A stretch of 64,000 nucleotides of DNA from Nitrospira sp. (GCA_047150005.1 AP038806.1:3872001-3936000), one strand, 5' to 3'; counted from the first letter of the stretch, positions 50,516-61,604 are shown. Notes: a model not told the origin generated them from the sequence alone. Numbers and translations: made by a program.

Positions 50516-51583
50516 TTAGATGGCTTCGATTCCATGCACAGACGGCACCGGATCTATCGTGACCCGAGCCTCCGCCTCATCGGACAAGCGTCGGCCTGCC
50601 GACAATGCCTTTCTCCCCGCGGCGGCGATCATGGCCGCATTGTCGGTGCAATACTGCAGCGGCGGGATACTGAGGGAGACACCTTCTTGCTGGGCTCGTT
50701 CCTTTAGCAGGAAGCGTAGTCTCGAATTGGCGGACACGCCTCCCACAACCGCCAAGGCCGCGACACCGCATTGGCGCACGGCGGTGAACGCCTTCTCCAC
50801 AAGCACGCTGACGATGGCTTCTTGATAGCCGGCGGCCAGATCGGCTCGAGCGGCAGCCAGATGCCCTTCATCCATGCCTTGCAGCCGATAGAGCAAGGAC
50901 GTTTTCAACCCGCTGAAGCTGAATTCGAGGCTACGCTTCCGCATGGACCTCGGAAATCGGATCTTTCCGGGATCCCCTGCCTGCGCGAGCTTGTCCAGCG
51001 CCGGTCCTCCGGGAAATCCTAACCCCAACATCTGAGCTCCCTTGTCGAATGCTTCACCCGCGGCATCGTCCCTGGTACAGGCCAGCAAGCTGGAGGCTCC
51101 GTCTTGGGCCAGGCAATAAAGATGGGTATGTCCTCCCGATACGACTAGCACCACGCATGAACGAGGAAACGAAGCATCCTGCAGCCACGCTGAGGCGATG
51201 TGCCCCTCCAAGTGACTGACCCCGACCACCGGAATATTTAGCGCGAACGCCAAGGCCTTGGCATAGTTCAACCCCACGATCAACGCGCCGGCAAGCCCAG
51301 GGCCTTCGGTGACCGCCACTCCGGCCAGATCCCGCCAGTTCAGTTGCGCCTCATCCATGGCAAGAGTCGCGATCTGTTCGATTTTCTCGATATGGGCCCG
51401 AGAGGCCAACTCCGGCACAACTCCACCGAACCGAGCATGAATGCCGTGCTGCGACGAGACGACGTTGGATAGGATCGTCCCGTCGCCGCGGAGGACGGCC
51501 ACGGCGGTTTCATCGCAGGACGTCTCGATACCCAGAACCGGACCGCCGGTCCACCCGACGTCACAGACCTCTGAACCGCTCAT
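50516..51583 (-). CDS. tsaD: tRNA threonylcarbamoyltransferase (start uncertain)
   Basis: LGIETSCDET, GGVVPELASRAH, HLEGH, SGGHT, DDAAGEAFDK and CTDNAAMIA. Confidence 0.96.
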   Translation of the reverse strand: MSGSEVCDVGWTGGPVLGIETSCDETAVAVLRGDGTILSNVVSSQHGIHARFGGVVPELASRAHIEKIEQIATLAMDEAQLNWRDLAGVAVTEGPGLAGALIVGLNYAKALAFALNIPVVGVSHLEGHIASAWLQDASFPRSCVVLVVSGGHTHLYCLAQDGASSLLACTRDDAAGEAFDKGAQMLGLGFPGGPALDKLAQAGDPGKIRFPRSMRKRSLEFSFSGLKTSLLYRLQGMDEGHLAAARADLAAGYQEAIVSVLVEKAFTAVRQCGVAALAVVGGVSANSRLRFLLKERAQQEGVSLSIPPLQYCTDNAAMIAAAGRKALSAGRRLSDEAEARVTIDPVPSVHGIEAI

Positions 51584-51723
51584 TTTAGTCTGATGCATCT
51601 CAGTCAGGATACGTGCTTTGGGCAAAAAGCACCTCGACCCTTGCCGCGTACGACGCAACAAGGGCCGAGGCTTGGTGATCGGTCGATGATTCGGATAGCG
51701 GAGACTCGGCCGGCGGCCATCAG

Positions 51724-54150
51724 TTACACACCAGCCATCGCCTCCTGTTCAATGAAGGCGGGAGCGCCGTCACGTAGCACCACCTTGATTTTGTGGCTCT
51801 CTTTGAACCGGCCCTTAATCATCTCCTCCGACAGCGGGTCGCCGATTGCCCGCTGAATCGTTCGGCGCATCGGCCTTGCCCCGTAGAGCGGCTCGTAACC
51901 TTCCTTGATGAGCCACTGTTTGACCTCGTCGTCGACCTCGATCTCCACACCCTTTTCCAGAAGCCGGAGATTGAGTTCGCGCAACAGGATGTCCAGAATA
52001 TTGAAGAGATGGGATTTGTCCAATTGATGGAATACCACTATTTCGTCGATGCGGTTCAAAAACTCGGGGCTGAATTGACGCCGCAACTCTCCCAGAACCT
52101 CTTCCTTCTTGTGGCGATCCTGCTCGGCTTCGGTGCTCTGGAACCCCAATGACACACCCTTCTGAATCAATTTGGTGCCGATATTGGACGTCATGATCAC
52201 GACGGTGTTCTTGAAGTCGACTTTGCGACCCAAACTGTCCGTCAAGACTCCGTCGTCCAGAACCTGCAAGAGCAGATTGAACACGTCCGGATGAGCCTTC
52301 TCGATTTCGTCGAACAGGACCACCGAATAGGGACGGCGACGCACACGCTCCGTCAACTGCCCTCCCTCCTCATAACCGACATATCCAGGAGGAGCGCCGA
52401 AGAGACGCGAACTCGTGAATTTCTCCTGATACTCGGACATGTCGATCCGGATCAACGCATCTTCGGTATTAAATAGGAACTCCGCCAGGGTACGTGCCAA
52501 CTCGGTCTTCCCGACGCCGGTCGGACCCAGGAAGATGAAGGAACCGATCGGCTTCTTGGCTTCCTTGAGACCCGCGCGAGACCGACGGATCGCACGACAG
52601 ACCGCGGAAATCGCCTCGTTTTGGCCGACCACTCGTTTATGGAGGAAATCCTCCATCCGCAGCAACTTGTTCGATTCTTCTTCTTCGAGTTTGAAGAGCG
52701 GAATGCCCGTCATCTTGGAGACGACATAGGCCACGTCCTCCTTACCGATCGTCGGTTTCTGCTTTTCCTGATTCTTTTTCCACTCGCGTTTGGACTCATC
52801 GAGCAACTTCCTGAGCCGTTCTTCTTCCTCGCGATGGCGCACGGCCTCTTCGAAGTTCTGCATGGAAATCGCCAATTCTTTATCCCGCGACACCTTCTTC
52901 AGTTCCTGCTCCATCGCCTTGAGCTCTCCGGGCAACGCATAGGTCTGAAGCTTGGCACGCGAGCCGGTTTCATCAATCAAGTCGATGGCTTTATCGGGAA
53001 GGAACCGATCGGTGATATACCGATCCGACAGCTTGACCGCTTCGACGATGGCATCCTCGGTGATCTCCACTCCGTGATGTTCCTCATACCGGTCGCGAAG
53101 TCCTTGAATGATCCGGACCGTTTCGTCAAGACTCGGCGGCTGCACGTAGATCGGCTGGAAGCGTCGCTTGAGGGCGCCGTCCTTCTCGATGTGCTTGCGA
53201 TACTCATCCAGCGTCGTCGCGCCGATGCATTGAATCTCTCCGCGCGACAAGGCGGGCTTCAACATATTGGATGCGTCGATCGATCCTTCCGCTGCACCGG
53301 CTCCCACCAACGTATGCAACTCGTCGATGAAGATGATGATGTTGCCGGCTTGCACGATCTCCTTCATCACCACTTTCAGACGCTCTTCGAACTGACCGCG
53401 GTATTTCGTCCCGGCGACCAGGGAACCGAGATCCAACGCAATCACGCGCCGCGACAAGAGGTTATCGGGAACTTCGGATTGGACGATCCGCTGCGCCAAA
53501 CCTTCCACAATGGCCGTCTTCCCGACGCCCGACTCCCCGATCAACACCGGATTGTTCTTCGTACGACGACTGAGAATCTGCAGCACCCGCTCGATTTCAT
53601 CAGCGCGTCCGATCACCGGATCCAACTGACCTTCCTGGGCCATCTGGGTGAGATCCCGACCAAACTCGTCCAACGCCGGCGTATTGCTCTTGCGATCGCG
53701 CTCGCGTGGGGCGGACTTGCGCAAGAACGTCACTGTCAACTGCCGTGCGGTGAGGAGATTCGCCCCGAGACTGCGGAGGATCTTGCCGCCGATCCCTTCT
53801 TCTTCCCGTAGAAGCCCGAGCAAAAGGTGTTCGCTGCCGATGTGATTGTGCCCGAGCAGGCGGGCCTCTTCGACCCCGTATTCGATAACCTTCTTCACAC
53901 GGGGGCTGAACGGGATTTCGCCGAAGGTCATGGTGGTCCCGCCACCAGGCAAGTTTCGCTCGATTTCCAAGCGGATTTGCTCGGTGGAAAGGCCCATCTT
54001 TTTCAGAATCATCAGGGCGATTCCGTCGGACTCGCGAAGGATGGCCAGCACAAGATGCTCAGTCCCGAGGTAGTCATTCTGATGACGCTCGGCCTCTTCC
54101 CGCGCGAGGATGATGATCTTCCGACCCTTGTCCGTGAATCGTTCGAACAT
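51724..54150 (-). CDS. clpC: ATP-dependent Clp protease ATPase subunit
   Basis: MFERFT Clp-N repeats, two AAA modules ([16 protein letters not shown]) and a UVR-like middle domain. Confidence 0.96.
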   Translation of the reverse strand: MFERFTDKGRKIIILAREEAERHQNDYLGTEHLVLAILRESDGIALMILKKMGLSTEQIRLEIERNLPGGGTTMTFGEIPFSPRVKKVIEYGVEEARLLGHNHIGSEHLLLGLLREEEGIGGKILRSLGANLLTARQLTVTFLRKSAPRERDRKSNTPALDEFGRDLTQMAQEGQLDPVIGRADEIERVLQILSRRTKNNPVLIGESGVGKTAIVEGLAQRIVQSEVPDNLLSRRVIALDLGSLVAGTKYRGQFEERLKVVMKEIVQAGNIIIFIDELHTLVGAGAAEGSIDASNMLKPALSRGEIQCIGATTLDEYRKHIEKDGALKRRFQPIYVQPPSLDETVRIIQGLRDRYEEHHGVEITEDAIVEAVKLSDRYITDRFLPDKAIDLIDETGSRAKLQTYALPGELKAMEQELKKVSRDKELAISMQNFEEAVRHREEEERLRKLLDESKREWKKNQEKQKPTIGKEDVAYVVSKMTGIPLFKLEEEESNKLLRMEDFLHKRVVGQNEAISAVCRAIRRSRAGLKEAKKPIGSFIFLGPTGVGKTELARTLAEFLFNTEDALIRIDMSEYQEKFTSSRLFGAPPGYVGYEEGGQLTERVRRRPYSVVLFDEIEKAHPDVFNLLLQVLDDGVLTDSLGRKVDFKNTVVIMTSNIGTKLIQKGVSLGFQSTEAEQDRHKKEEVLGELRRQFSPEFLNRIDEIVVFHQLDKSHLFNILDILLRELNLRLLEKGVEIEVDDEVKQWLIKEGYEPLYGARPMRRTIQRAIGDPLSEEMIKGRFKESHKIKVVLRDGAPAFIEQEAMAGV

Positions 54151-54227
54151 CCTGCCTCCTTCTTGATGATCCAGCTTGATGGTCTAGGGCTGACCGGTGG
54201 AAGCGAACCCTTCGAAAAATCTGCCTA

Positions 54228-54256
54228 ATTTTAACTAGAAGGTTGTTCAGTGTCAA
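54228..54256 (-). promoter_or_regulatory. Sigma-70 promoter of clpC
   Basis: TTGACA-N17-TAAAAT. Confidence 0.7.
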
Positions 54257-54421
54257 GGTTGGGCGGGAATCGCACGACACTCGCAAGCGTGATCGGGACA
54301 GCATGTCTCCGCTGCGGATCATGTCATGTGCTTCTCGTTGACTTCAAAAGAACCCTCCCGATAGAATCCCGCACTTTTCCCAGCCGGCACTGGCCACCTG
54401 CTGAAGAACGAAGCGCCCTCG

Positions 54422-55282
54422 ATGAAAAGCAAGAGCGTCGGCATTTTGACCAAGCCCAAATTTCCGGAGGTCAAGACCACCCTCCAGGCTGTGGTGTCCT
54501 GGCTGCGTGCCCGAAACATTGACGCGATCTTGGATACGACGTCCGCTGCCCTTCTGGAAGAAAAAGGCGGACTCCAGAAAACCCAATTGGCTCAGAAAGC
54601 GGACGTACTGCTCGTCCTAGGAGGAGACGGGACCATGCTCAACGCCGCCCGTCTGGCAGGCGAGCGCGGCATTCCCGTCCTCGGCGTGAATATGGGAGGG
54701 CTGGGATTCTTGACAGAGGTGCGCCTCGAACACCTCTACCCCTCTCTGGAACGGGTCTTCGCCAACGATTTCGTCCTGGACGAGCGCCTGATGCTCAAGA
54801 CGCTCGTTCACCGGCACGGGGAACCGGTCGCGCAGGGTATCGTCCTCAATGATGTCGTCGTGAGCAAGGGCACTCTGGCACGAATGATTGAGTTGCGGGT
54901 CTCGATCCATGGGCAATTCGTGACGAACCTTCGAGGAGATGGTTTGATTGTGAGCACGCCGACCGGGTCAACCGCCTATTCCCTGTCGGCCGGAGGCCCG
55001 ATTCTGGAGCCAGCCGTCCACGCTCTGATCCTGACGCCAATCTGTCCCCACACGCTGACACATCGGCCGCTGATCGTGCCCGACAACGTCGAAATCGACA
55101 TCACCCTGACCAGCAAGGATGAGGGCGCCATGGCGACGTTGGACGGACAAGTCGGTATCGCGTTGACGCAAGGAGATACGGTCGTCGTGAGTGTGGCGGA
55201 GCTGCGAACCAGGCTGATTCGCTTTCCGGAAAGCACGTACTACGATGTGCTGCGTGAAAAACTGAAATGGGGCGATGGATAA
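54422..55282 (+). CDS. nadK: NAD kinase
   Basis: LGGDGT, GLGFL, LNDVV and DGLIVSTPTGSTAYSLSAGGP. Confidence 0.97.
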   Translation: MKSKSVGILTKPKFPEVKTTLQAVVSWLRARNIDAILDTTSAALLEEKGGLQKTQLAQKADVLLVLGGDGTMLNAARLAGERGIPVLGVNMGGLGFLTEVRLEHLYPSLERVFANDFVLDERLMLKTLVHRHGEPVAQGIVLNDVVVSKGTLARMIELRVSIHGQFVTNLRGDGLIVSTPTGSTAYSLSAGGPILEPAVHALILTPICPHTLTHRPLIVPDNVEIDITLTSKDEGAMATLDGQVGIALTQGDTVVVSVAELRTRLIRFPESTYYDVLREKLKWGDG

Positions 55283-55315
55283 TGCGGAGAGCGTTTGGAA
55301 GGAACCGGCGCGCCT

Positions 55316-56662
55316 CTATCCTTGCTCAATCAGCCGGATCATTTCCTGATTCGTCGCAAACTTGAATTCGCCGATGCAGTCGCCTTTGGCCTGGTGAGCC
55401 TTTTCCGCGGCTTCCAGCGCTCGGAGCCCCTTGACCCCGACCGGATGGCACTTCCGTTCCCGAAGCATCGTCTGGAGTTTCTCGAGCACCGACTTCGGAT
55501 TGCCTGGCGCCTGCTTGATGAGCAGATACCGACCGACAACCTCGGCACACCAATCTCCGTCGCGCTTAGCCACTCCGACGAGGCCTTCGCTGGCCTTTCT
55601 CGCCCACCCCGCAAGAAATACCCCGTCCAGCACTTTTCCCGTGGCCTCGTCGTACGCTTGAAACAACGCGTCGTCCGGCTCGTTGCTCGTCTTGTTGGGA
55701 TTCGTTACGAAGATTCCGCTCTTGTACGGCAAGCCCACAGTCTCATCGACCCTGTCACCGACCGCAAAGACGACGCTGTCGCAGGGAAACTCGTAGAACT
55801 GCTTGAGCCCGACGGCGGCAGTGTCTTCACCTTTCGGCTCCAGTTTATTGTCCTCCATCTCCAATCCGCGAACGCGGTTGTTTCCGTCGACGAGGATACG
55901 TTTGGGTGATGCCAAAAATTTGAAACTCATCTTCGCGTCGCTGTTTTTCGGCTCGCACTTCGTGAATTCACCGACGAGTACCTTGAGAACTTCATCAGGC
56001 TTCTGGCCCACCGCGACCAGCCGGTCCTTGATGCGCTCCACTTCCCTGGTGATGTCTTCCACGTCCATGTTGGCGCACACCGCGCGGATCTCTTTGGGAT
56101 TATACTTTCGTTCTGCAGGACCACGTCGGACGATCGCGGTCACCCGTTCAACCTTCTTATAGCGAGTCAACCAGTGGGCAATGTCCACCATGACGTCGCC
56201 AGCTCCGATCACGGCCACGTGCCGACCGACATCAAACGGGCGATCTCCAAACCCTGGAAGACGATTGAAGTGGTACACTACGTCTTTGGCATGAAAAACC
56301 CCCGCGGCCGTATCCCCGTCGACACCGATGGCCTTGGTGCCCTGAGCCCCAATGGAAAAAACGACCGCACTGGCCCCGAGACCCCGCACATCCTCGACCG
56401 AGAGATCCTTCCCCTTCCCGATCGAGACATTCCCAAAATAGTGCACGTTCGCCTGTTCGAGTAACTCCCAATACTGTTTCTTGAGACCGCCGCGCAACTT
56501 GAGTTTGGATGGGAAGATGCCGTATTCCGCTAATCCGCCGAACTTGACATCGCGATTCAGAATGATGACTTCGTGTCCCGCTTTCGCAAGGGTTCCGGCA
56601 ACCGCCATCCCGGCCGGACCGGCACCGGCGACAATTATCACATGGGCTGCTTGTGCACTCAT
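55316..56662 (-). CDS. FAD-dependent oxidoreductase (ferredoxin/adrenodoxin-NADP reductase-like)
   Basis: GAGPAG, FGGLAEYGI, VIGAGDVMVDIA, RRGP and AGWAR...G.VG. Confidence 0.8.
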   Translation of the reverse strand: MSAQAAHVIIVAGAGPAGMAVAGTLAKAGHEVIILNRDVKFGGLAEYGIFPSKLKLRGGLKKQYWELLEQANVHYFGNVSIGKGKDLSVEDVRGLGASAVVFSIGAQGTKAIGVDGDTAAGVFHAKDVVYHFNRLPGFGDRPFDVGRHVAVIGAGDVMVDIAHWLTRYKKVERVTAIVRRGPAERKYNPKEIRAVCANMDVEDITREVERIKDRLVAVGQKPDEVLKVLVGEFTKCEPKNSDAKMSFKFLASPKRILVDGNNRVRGLEMEDNKLEPKGEDTAAVGLKQFYEFPCDSVVFAVGDRVDETVGLPYKSGIFVTNPNKTSNEPDDALFQAYDEATGKVLDGVFLAGWARKASEGLVGVAKRDGDWCAEVVGRYLLIKQAPGNPKSVLEKLQTMLRERKCHPVGVKGLRALEAAEKAHQAKGDCIGEFKFATNQEMIRLIEQG

Positions 56663-56911
56663 ACGATCATTCTTTCCCCGTGTAGAAAGACAAAAATAGT
56701 CTAGAACCTCAAAAGTTCCGCGGACTTTAGCATAGCGGCTCCGGCGCTGTCAAAATCCTGAATGCACGGGTGCACGAGTACACGCGGCTGACCCGTCACG
56801 ACGTGCAATCATCTCGTCCAACCTTTGCTTCAAGGAAAATGTCGGAGCTGCGAGCGGGTTATTGGAGCTCTGACTGTTCGCCACGGATCCGTCCGCCGCG
56901 CCACCGCAGCG

Positions 56912-58369
56912 TCAACCTCCGGCGCTCCCCACTGGTCCCCCTGGTTCGGTCATCCGCCAGGGATCGAGCAGTTCGGTCAGGCGCTTCTCAGGAAGGACTT
57001 TTTGCTCTTGGGCAACCTCGCGCACGGTTTTTCCGGACTTGAACGCGTCCTTGGCCAATTTCGCCGCCGCTTCATAACCGATCTCGGGGGCCAGGGCGGT
57101 ACACATGGCCAAGCTCTCTTCTATCAGGCTGTTGCAGCGCGCTTCATTCGCCGTGATGCCTTCGATACACTTGGCAGCGAAGTTATTGGAAGCAGTCGCC
57201 AGCAACTCGATGGACTGGAGAAGATTGTAGGCCATCACCGGCAACATGACGATCAACTCGAAGTTCGCCGCCTGCCCGCCGACGGTCACCGTGACATCAT
57301 TGCCGATCACTTGGGCGCAGACCATCGTGACGGATTCGGCGATGACGGGATTGACCTTCCCCGGCATGATCGAAGATCCGGGCTGTGTTTCCGGCAGACT
57401 GATTTCCCCGAGGCCGCAACGAGGACCGGACCCGAGCCAGCGAATGTCGTTGGCAATCTTCATCAGGCTGACGGCCAGCGTCCGCAAGGCTCCGCTCGCC
57501 TCGACCAACGAATCCTGTGCTGACTGCGCCTCGAAATGATTGACCGCCTCCTGAAACCGACAACCGGTCTCGTGGGAAATGATGGCCATGACCTTGCCGG
57601 AAAACTCGGGATGGCAATTCAAGCCCGTTCCCACAGCCGTCCCACCGAGCGCCACCTCGCTCAAAGCCTCCTGCGCCCGCTTCACGCGAGTCATCCCCAG
57701 CTCAATCTGTCTGGCATAGCCACCGAATTCCTGACCGAGCCGCACAGGTGTGGCATCCTGCAAATGTGTGCGGCCGATCTTGACGACATGGTCGAACGCC
57801 CGCGCCTTGTCCTCAAGCGCCTTGTGCAGTCGGGACAGCGCGGGAAGCAGCTGCCGCTGCATCGTCTCTGCAGCCGCGATGTGAATGGCCGTCGGAATCA
57901 CGTCGTTGCTCGACTGGCCGAGATTCACATGATCGTTCGGATGCACGAGTTTGCTGCCCCGTGCGCCGCCGAGCAATTCTGTGGCCCGATTGGAGATGAC
58001 CTCGTTCGTGTTCATATTCGTCGAGGTTCCCGAGCCGGTTTGGAAGATATCGACGGGAAATTGGTCGTCGAGCTTCCCCTCCACTACTTCCGTGGACGCT
58101 TGCCTGATGGCGTCGGCATGACGCTGTTCAAGCAACCCCAGCGACTGGTTCACCGATGCGGCTGCTCGCTTGATCAGTCCCATGGCCCGAATGACGGACC
58201 GCGGCATGCGCAAGGGGCTGATGGGAAAATTCTCGACGGCCCGCGCGGTCTGCACGCCGTAATAGGCGTCAGCCGGCACGGCCAGTTCGCCCATGGTGTC
58301 GCGTTCGATTCTGATGGCCCTGGCAGATGGCTGGGGGTCCGTAGGATGGCTGTCGCGTGTCGGCTTCAT
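56912..58369 (-). CDS. fumC: Class II fumarate hydratase
   Basis: QTGSGTSTNMN, HPNDHVN.GQSSND, KIGRTHLQDA and PGSSIMPGKVNP. Confidence 0.95.
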   Translation of the reverse strand: MKPTRDSHPTDPQPSARAIRIERDTMGELAVPADAYYGVQTARAVENFPISPLRMPRSVIRAMGLIKRAAASVNQSLGLLEQRHADAIRQASTEVVEGKLDDQFPVDIFQTGSGTSTNMNTNEVISNRATELLGGARGSKLVHPNDHVNLGQSSNDVIPTAIHIAAAETMQRQLLPALSRLHKALEDKARAFDHVVKIGRTHLQDATPVRLGQEFGGYARQIELGMTRVKRAQEALSEVALGGTAVGTGLNCHPEFSGKVMAIISHETGCRFQEAVNHFEAQSAQDSLVEASGALRTLAVSLMKIANDIRWLGSGPRCGLGEISLPETQPGSSIMPGKVNPVIAESVTMVCAQVIGNDVTVTVGGQAANFELIVMLPVMAYNLLQSIELLATASNNFAAKCIEGITANEARCNSLIEESLAMCTALAPEIGYEAAAKLAKDAFKSGKTVREVAQEQKVLPEKRLTELLDPWRMTEPGGPVGSAGG

Positions 58370-58446
58370 AGGTTCGACTCCGTCATGAGGGTTCTGACTT
58401 ACGAGGGCGTCATGATAAACTCAGCCCCTTACTCGACACAAGGGTC

Positions 58447-58677
58447 ATGAGTTCCGCTCACGTGATTGTAGACACCTATGCCGGTGATAAGGGCGAAGAC
58501 ACGCCCCGGTCGTTCACGCACGGAAAGATGTACCGCGGCGTCACGGACATCCTCGATCAGTGGTATACGGATTCCCACTGCTACTTCCGCGTGCGAGCGG
58601 ACGACGGTCAGCGGTATGTCCTGCGGCACCAGCTTGACGAGGAATCGTGGGAGTTGGTGATGCGGGAGCAGGATTGA
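58447..58677 (+). CDS. Small conserved-type hypothetical protein
   Basis: 76 aa with ILDQWY...YFRVRADDG..YVLRH....WEL; fills the gap between fumC and hsp20. Confidence 0.65.
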   Translation: MSSAHVIVDTYAGDKGEDTPRSFTHGKMYRGVTDILDQWYTDSHCYFRVRADDGQRYVLRHQLDEESWELVMREQD

Positions 58678-58682
58678 AAATG

Positions 58683-58710
58683 AAAAGGCCCGTCTTGCAG
58701 ACGAGCCTTT
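58683..58710. terminator. Probable bidirectional intrinsic terminator
   Basis: AAAAGGCCCGTCT-TGC-AGACGAGCCTTT hairpin between convergent genes. Confidence 0.65.
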
Positions 58711-58736
58711 CCCCTCAGAGCCTGGAGACGGCTATC

Positions 58737-59186
58737 TTAGGCAACTTTCACATCGATGGCCTTCGGCTTCACCCGTTCCGTCTTGGGAAGGTGCAAGGCC
58801 AGCACTCCGTCCTTGTATTCAGCCTTCACTCCCCCGTCGTCAACGGACTCCGGCAACGTGAAGCTGCGGACGAAACTCCCATAGGAGCGTTCGACTCGGT
58901 GGAACTTCTTGCCTTTCTCCTCCTTTTCCTGACGGCGTTCGCCCTGTAACGTCAGCACACCGTCCTCGACCGTGACCTTGACATCCTCCTTCTTCACCTC
59001 CGGCAGTTCCGCCTTGATCAGGTACTCCGTATCGGTCTCGCTGATATCCACGGTCGGCATCCAATCCGCAACTGTCAGGGCCTCCTTGCCATTGCTGACT
59101 CGCGCTGCGGGACGGGCAAACACACGGTTCAATCTTTCCGACATGTCTTCCAACTCGCGAAATGGATCCCATCGTACAAGAGTCAT
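58737..59186 (-). CDS. Hsp20/alpha-crystallin small heat shock protein
   Basis: LVRWDPF, AELPEV, VERSYGSFVRSFTLP and YKDGVL; AGGAGGT RBS. Confidence 0.95.
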   Translation of the reverse strand: MTLVRWDPFRELEDMSERLNRVFARPAARVSNGKEALTVADWMPTVDISETDTEYLIKAELPEVKKEDVKVTVEDGVLTLQGERRQEKEEKGKKFHRVERSYGSFVRSFTLPESVDDGGVKAEYKDGVLALHLPKTERVKPKAIDVKVA

Positions 59187-59321
59187 CTTAGACCTCCTGT
59201 TTGTCATCATGTGGTTTAACGTATTGTGGCGCTGCGCCGAATTCCGCTCACGATTGGGAGATAACGCGGATAGGGGTCAAGTCAAGAGGGACATCGACGA
59301 GACGAGGGCGACAACAACGGC

Positions 59322-60458
59322 TTAAGGACGTTCGCTGAGCGGCACATAGGAACGGTTGTGCTCACCGGAATAGATCTGGTCCGGACGAAACAGCTTGTTC
59401 TCGCCTAACTGCTCCAGCCAGTGGGCCAACCAGCCGGAGACACGCGCCATGGCGAACAACGGAGTGAAGAGATCCACGTCGATTCCCATCTTGTCGTAGA
59501 TGATGCCGGAGTAAAAATCGACGTTGGGGTAAATCCCCTTCCCGTCCAGATGCTCAGCCGCTGCCCGCTCGACCTCCATCGCCACGTCGTAGAGCGGCGA
59601 GGAGCCGCATGCCTTGAACAACCGGTCGCAGAGCGATTGCAGGATGACGGCCCGCGGGTCCTTGACCTTGTACACGCGATGGCCGAAGCCCATCAGCTTC
59701 TGTTTATTGGCCAGACGTTGCACGACAAACCCTCGGGCACGATCGGGAACGCCGATCTCTTTCAGCATCTGCACGACTTCTTCATTGGCTCCGCCGTGCA
59801 ATGGCCCCTTGAGCGACCCGACGGACGAAGCCACGACGGTATAGGGGTCGGCCAGCGTCGAGGCCGTGATCATTCCGGTGAATGTCGACGCGTTCATCGT
59901 GTGCTCGGCATGAAGGATCAGACAATCGTCAAATACCTCGCCCCACACGGGAGGAGGGACCGATTCCGTCATCATATACAAGAAGTTTTCGCTGAACTCG
60001 AGGTCATCGCGCGGCGCGATCGCCTCATCCCCCCGGCGCAGCCGGGCCCACGCCGCGACGATCGTCGGGAGCTTGGCGACAAGACGAACCGACGACCAGT
60101 AGTTGTTCTCCATGTCCTTTACATTGCGGCCCGGATAGAACATCCCGAGCGCGGCAATGGCGGCTTGGAGCGCGTCCATCGGATGACCGTGCTCCGGCAG
60201 ACACTTCATCAAATCGATGATCGTGAACTTCACGCGGCGATGATGCGTCACATCCTCCGTCCACTTGGCCAATTGGCCTTGGGTGGGCAGATGGCCGAAC
60301 AGGAGGAGGTAGGCGGTTTCCAGATAGGAGGACTTGGCGCAGAGTTCCTCGACCCGGATACCTCGGTATTCGAGAATGCCGCGGGAGCCGTCCACATCGC
60401 TGATGGCCGACTTGGCGGCCGGGACACCGGCAAGACCCGGCATGAAATCGTGGGGCAT
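59322..60458 (-). CDS. gltA: Citrate synthase (short form; 2-methylcitrate synthase not excluded)
   Basis: LHAEHTMNASTF, GPLHGGAN, MGFGHRVYK..DPRA and YPNVDFYSG. Confidence 0.9.
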   Translation of the reverse strand: MPHDFMPGLAGVPAAKSAISDVDGSRGILEYRGIRVEELCAKSSYLETAYLLLFGHLPTQGQLAKWTEDVTHHRRVKFTIIDLMKCLPEHGHPMDALQAAIAALGMFYPGRNVKDMENNYWSSVRLVAKLPTIVAAWARLRRGDEAIAPRDDLEFSENFLYMMTESVPPPVWGEVFDDCLILHAEHTMNASTFTGMITASTLADPYTVVASSVGSLKGPLHGGANEEVVQMLKEIGVPDRARGFVVQRLANKQKLMGFGHRVYKVKDPRAVILQSLCDRLFKACGSSPLYDVAMEVERAAAEHLDGKGIYPNVDFYSGIIYDKMGIDVDLFTPLFAMARVSGWLAHWLEQLGENKLFRPDQIYSGEHNRSYVPLSERP

Positions 60459-60835
60459 GGCCTCTCCTAAATTGAGCGATTCGCTATCCGTGTGAGCGAT
60501 GACCTATCCGTCTATTCGGTGCCGGGAATGCCATGCGATGCGACGGTCGGCACCTTGCAATCATCTACTTCGCTTGGCATACTGCCGTCAGTCGTGAAGT
60601 GGAGGACGCGCATACTACGGCACCGCCTGTCGGCGATGGCAATTCTCGGTACTCTCGTTTCTGTTCCCGCCCTGATCTCCCCCCGGACATCGACCGGACC
60701 ACTCCAGCGTGAGACGATCAAGGCCGTCGGTACCAGCACGTTGGGCCACGGCGCGCCCCCGGCGAGTCTTCCTCATCAGCGCTCCGCGGCCCCCGGCGAT
60801 TCCGGCGCGATCGTTCGGCAAACGGAGAGGTACGG

Positions 60836-61222
60836 GTGAAGGCGATTCTCTGTTGCGCGGTGCTCGCTGCGGCTCTGCTCGTCGTCGGCGCAGGTGTGGG
60901 ACACGGCGACGACGAATTGCTGATCTTCGCCGTGGTCAGCGCCCCGCCCAAGGACCGATCCCGCGTCGCGGTCACGGCTTCGATCGGCGATACAGTCTCT
61001 GACACGAAACTGCTGGCTTCCGACGCCATTTTGAACAACCTGATCTGGAAAAAACTGGAGATCTGTCATGCGCTCCGCATCGAAGGCACCAAAGCTGCCG
61101 ACGGGTACAAGGTGCTGACCGTCCGGGTGATCGATGCCAGCATGCTCCCCATGACGCTGCAATCGTTTGCCGGAGATTGCCTCATCAAGAAAGCCATCGA
61201 GCTCGCGCCGCTGGTGGATTGA
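60836..61222 (+). CDS. Hypothetical exported protein
   Basis: GGAGAGG RBS, GTG start and signal peptide. Confidence 0.7.
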   Translation: MKAILCCAVLAAALLVVGAGVGHGDDELLIFAVVSAPPKDRSRVAVTASIGDTVSDTKLLASDAILNNLIWKKLEICHALRIEGTKAADGYKVLTVRVIDASMLPMTLQSFAGDCLIKKAIELAPLVD

Positions 61223-61232
61223 GGGACGGAGA

Positions 61233-61604
61233 TCACGTTGCCCGACACTCGAAACAACTCGTGGGTTCTTCCGGCGCATCGCACTCTTCTTCGGTTAATG
61301 GAAACAGCTGCTCGCAGAGGCGGCAGATTCGAATCTCGAAGTAGGGCGTGCCCTCCTGATCGATGTCCGTTGGTAACAGCAATTCACAGGGGTCATATCC
61401 GATCATCGCCCCGTCCGAAAATTTTACGACGGCGAGACGATCGTTGAACACCTCGAAGGTGGCCTCCTGTCCTTTTCGATCGACAAGATGCCCGAGTACG
61501 AAAACGGGTTGTCCTTTGCGTTTAATGCGGAGATCCCGCAGCGTGCGCTGATTGGTGGTCGCACAGGAAAACTGACCGCTCGAGCTGGTACCGACAGTGG
61601 GCAT
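61233..61604 (-). CDS. Hypothetical protein with C-terminal CxxC...CxxC
   Basis: ICRLCEQLF...SCFEC; fills the gap between neighbours. Confidence 0.7.
   Translation of the reverse strand: MPTVGTSSSGQFSCATTNQRTLRDLRIKRKGQPVFVLGHLVDRKGQEATFEVFNDRLAVVKFSDGAMIGYDPCELLLPTDIDQEGTPYFEIRICRLCEQLFPLTEEECDAPEEPTSCFECRAT

Noticed and set aside
59187..59321. CIRCE or sigma-32 heat-shock element upstream of hsp20
   Set aside because: No TTAGCACTC-N9-GAGTGCTAA and no convincingly spaced sigma-32 boxes.
60459..60835. ORF 60492..60839 or a structured ncRNA in the 377-bp gap upstream of citrate synthase
   Set aside because: No RBS or motif for the ORF; only a weak G-U-rich hairpin (about 60565-60602), not matching any RNA family I recognise.
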